This document shows, piece by piece, positions 60,081 to 64,000 of a stretch of 64,000 nt of DNA. Both the position numbers and the translations under genes were made by a program. Source of the stretch: Amoebidium appalachense (lineage: Eukaryota; Protista; Ichthyosporea); contig CAVNZM010000001.1 of assembly GCA_963693365.1 (NCBI GenBank), positions 20,158,125 to 20,222,124 on the forward strand. The letters are read 5' to 3'. Each line of letters opens with the position of its first letter. The first letter of the stretch is position 1. A model generated the notes under the pieces. That model was given only the letters and a program-made list of their open reading frames with translations. It made no database searches and was not told where the DNA came from.

Positions 60081-60276
60081 GTATCAGGAGTAAGCCAAGC
60101 GTGCCGCACGCACAGTGTGGCTCATTAGCACACATCACCGGGTGCACCTCGAATTGTGACACAAAACAGCACCTGTTTATATATTAATCATCACACACAT
60201 ACCTATCACGCAAAACAACGATTATCGTTGAGGGGTTCAGGTTAATTACCAATCTCATCAGCCATTATGGGTAAGA

Positions 60277-60311
<35 letters not shown>

Positions 60312-60313
60312 CC

Positions 60314-60397
60314 CCGGCCCCGACGGTTAGCAAAACTAAGAAGTCTGGCTGTTTGTGTTTAGGTGGGACGATAAGTTATCGGCTGTGAGCCTGGATG

Positions 60398-60461
<64 letters not shown>

Positions 60462-60464
60462 TGT

Positions 60465-60511
<47 letters not shown>

Positions 60512-60631
60512 TGTCCCTCCCCCCCCCCCCCCCCCCCCCCCCGGCCCCGACGGTTAGCAAGACTAAGAAGTCTGGCTGTTTGTGTTTAGGTGGGACGATA
60601 AATTATCGGCTGTGAGCCTGGATGTATATAT

Positions 60632-60680
<49 letters not shown>
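60314..60680. repeat. Local tandem duplication (period ~227 bp)
   Basis: ccggccccgacggttagcaa(a/g)actaagaagtctggctgtttgtgtttaggtgggacgataa..gcctggatgtatatatg(tg)n at 60314 and 60541. Confidence 0.85.
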
Positions 60681-60684
<4 letters not shown>

Positions 60685-61115
60685 CGCGTGCACGCGCGTG
60701 TGTGTGGTGGTGGTGTCGGTGGTGGTGGTGGTGGTGGGGGGCATGGTTGTGATGACTTCTATAACTGCTAATTCAAAGGGCAACCTGCAACGAAGACATG
60801 TACCAGGAAGAGTTATGTTACCAGATATGGGCATTGAAACGGTTTCCTTATATGGTAAGTGTTTTCTTTTTTTTTTTGGCCTCCTTGTCTTCTTGGAGCC
60901 TATATCCGTACATTCATCTCAATCACACCAGTAACCAAACAGGATTCACAAAAATCGGGAACATGAAGCATACGTGTCACCTCACAATTTCACGAATATA
61001 CCCCGCCGTTTCTACAACTAGCTCCTACCTGATACCCAAAAGTTTTTTTATGTACAAGAGTCCTCCTTTACAAGAATACAGGTAGGTATTCAGTTTGAAG
61101 CTCCGTGTTTATACA

Positions 61116-64000
<2,885 letters not shown>

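Overview
Eukaryotic genomic DNA with many spliceosomal (GT-AG) introns packed with (CA/TG)n microsatellites and long poly-C/poly-G runs. Almost all ORFs in the supplied track are artefacts of these repeats. An MNK-type kinase suggests a holozoan, possibly a unicellular relative of animals (inference only). Reading exons by hand gives six genes. (1) An unidentified minus-strand multi-exon gene running off the left end (start about 7474). (2) A complete 21-exon RINT1/TIP20 gene (8565-24276, +). (3) A large minus-strand gene (35135-26189) with a C2-like N-terminus, five ~78-aa internal repeats and a RasGAP_C-like tail. (4) A 5-exon chorismate-lyase/DUF98-like gene (43857-50198, +). (5) An MNK-family kinase that has DFG instead of DFD (53157-58284, +). 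(6) The 3' part of a pepsin-like aspartic protease with an in-frame TAA (minus, from >64000 to 61116). Between genes 3 and 4 lie a decayed, truncated Ty1/Copia retrotransposon and an intact 1084-bp non-autonomous LTR element (TRIM-like) with apparently identical LTRs and a 5-bp TSD. Also present are a foldback element in a kinase intron, several minisatellites and a dispersed ~140-bp poly-C-associated repeat of uncertain origin (biological or artefactual). Single-base frameshifts in G/C homopolymers suggest long-read assembly errors.
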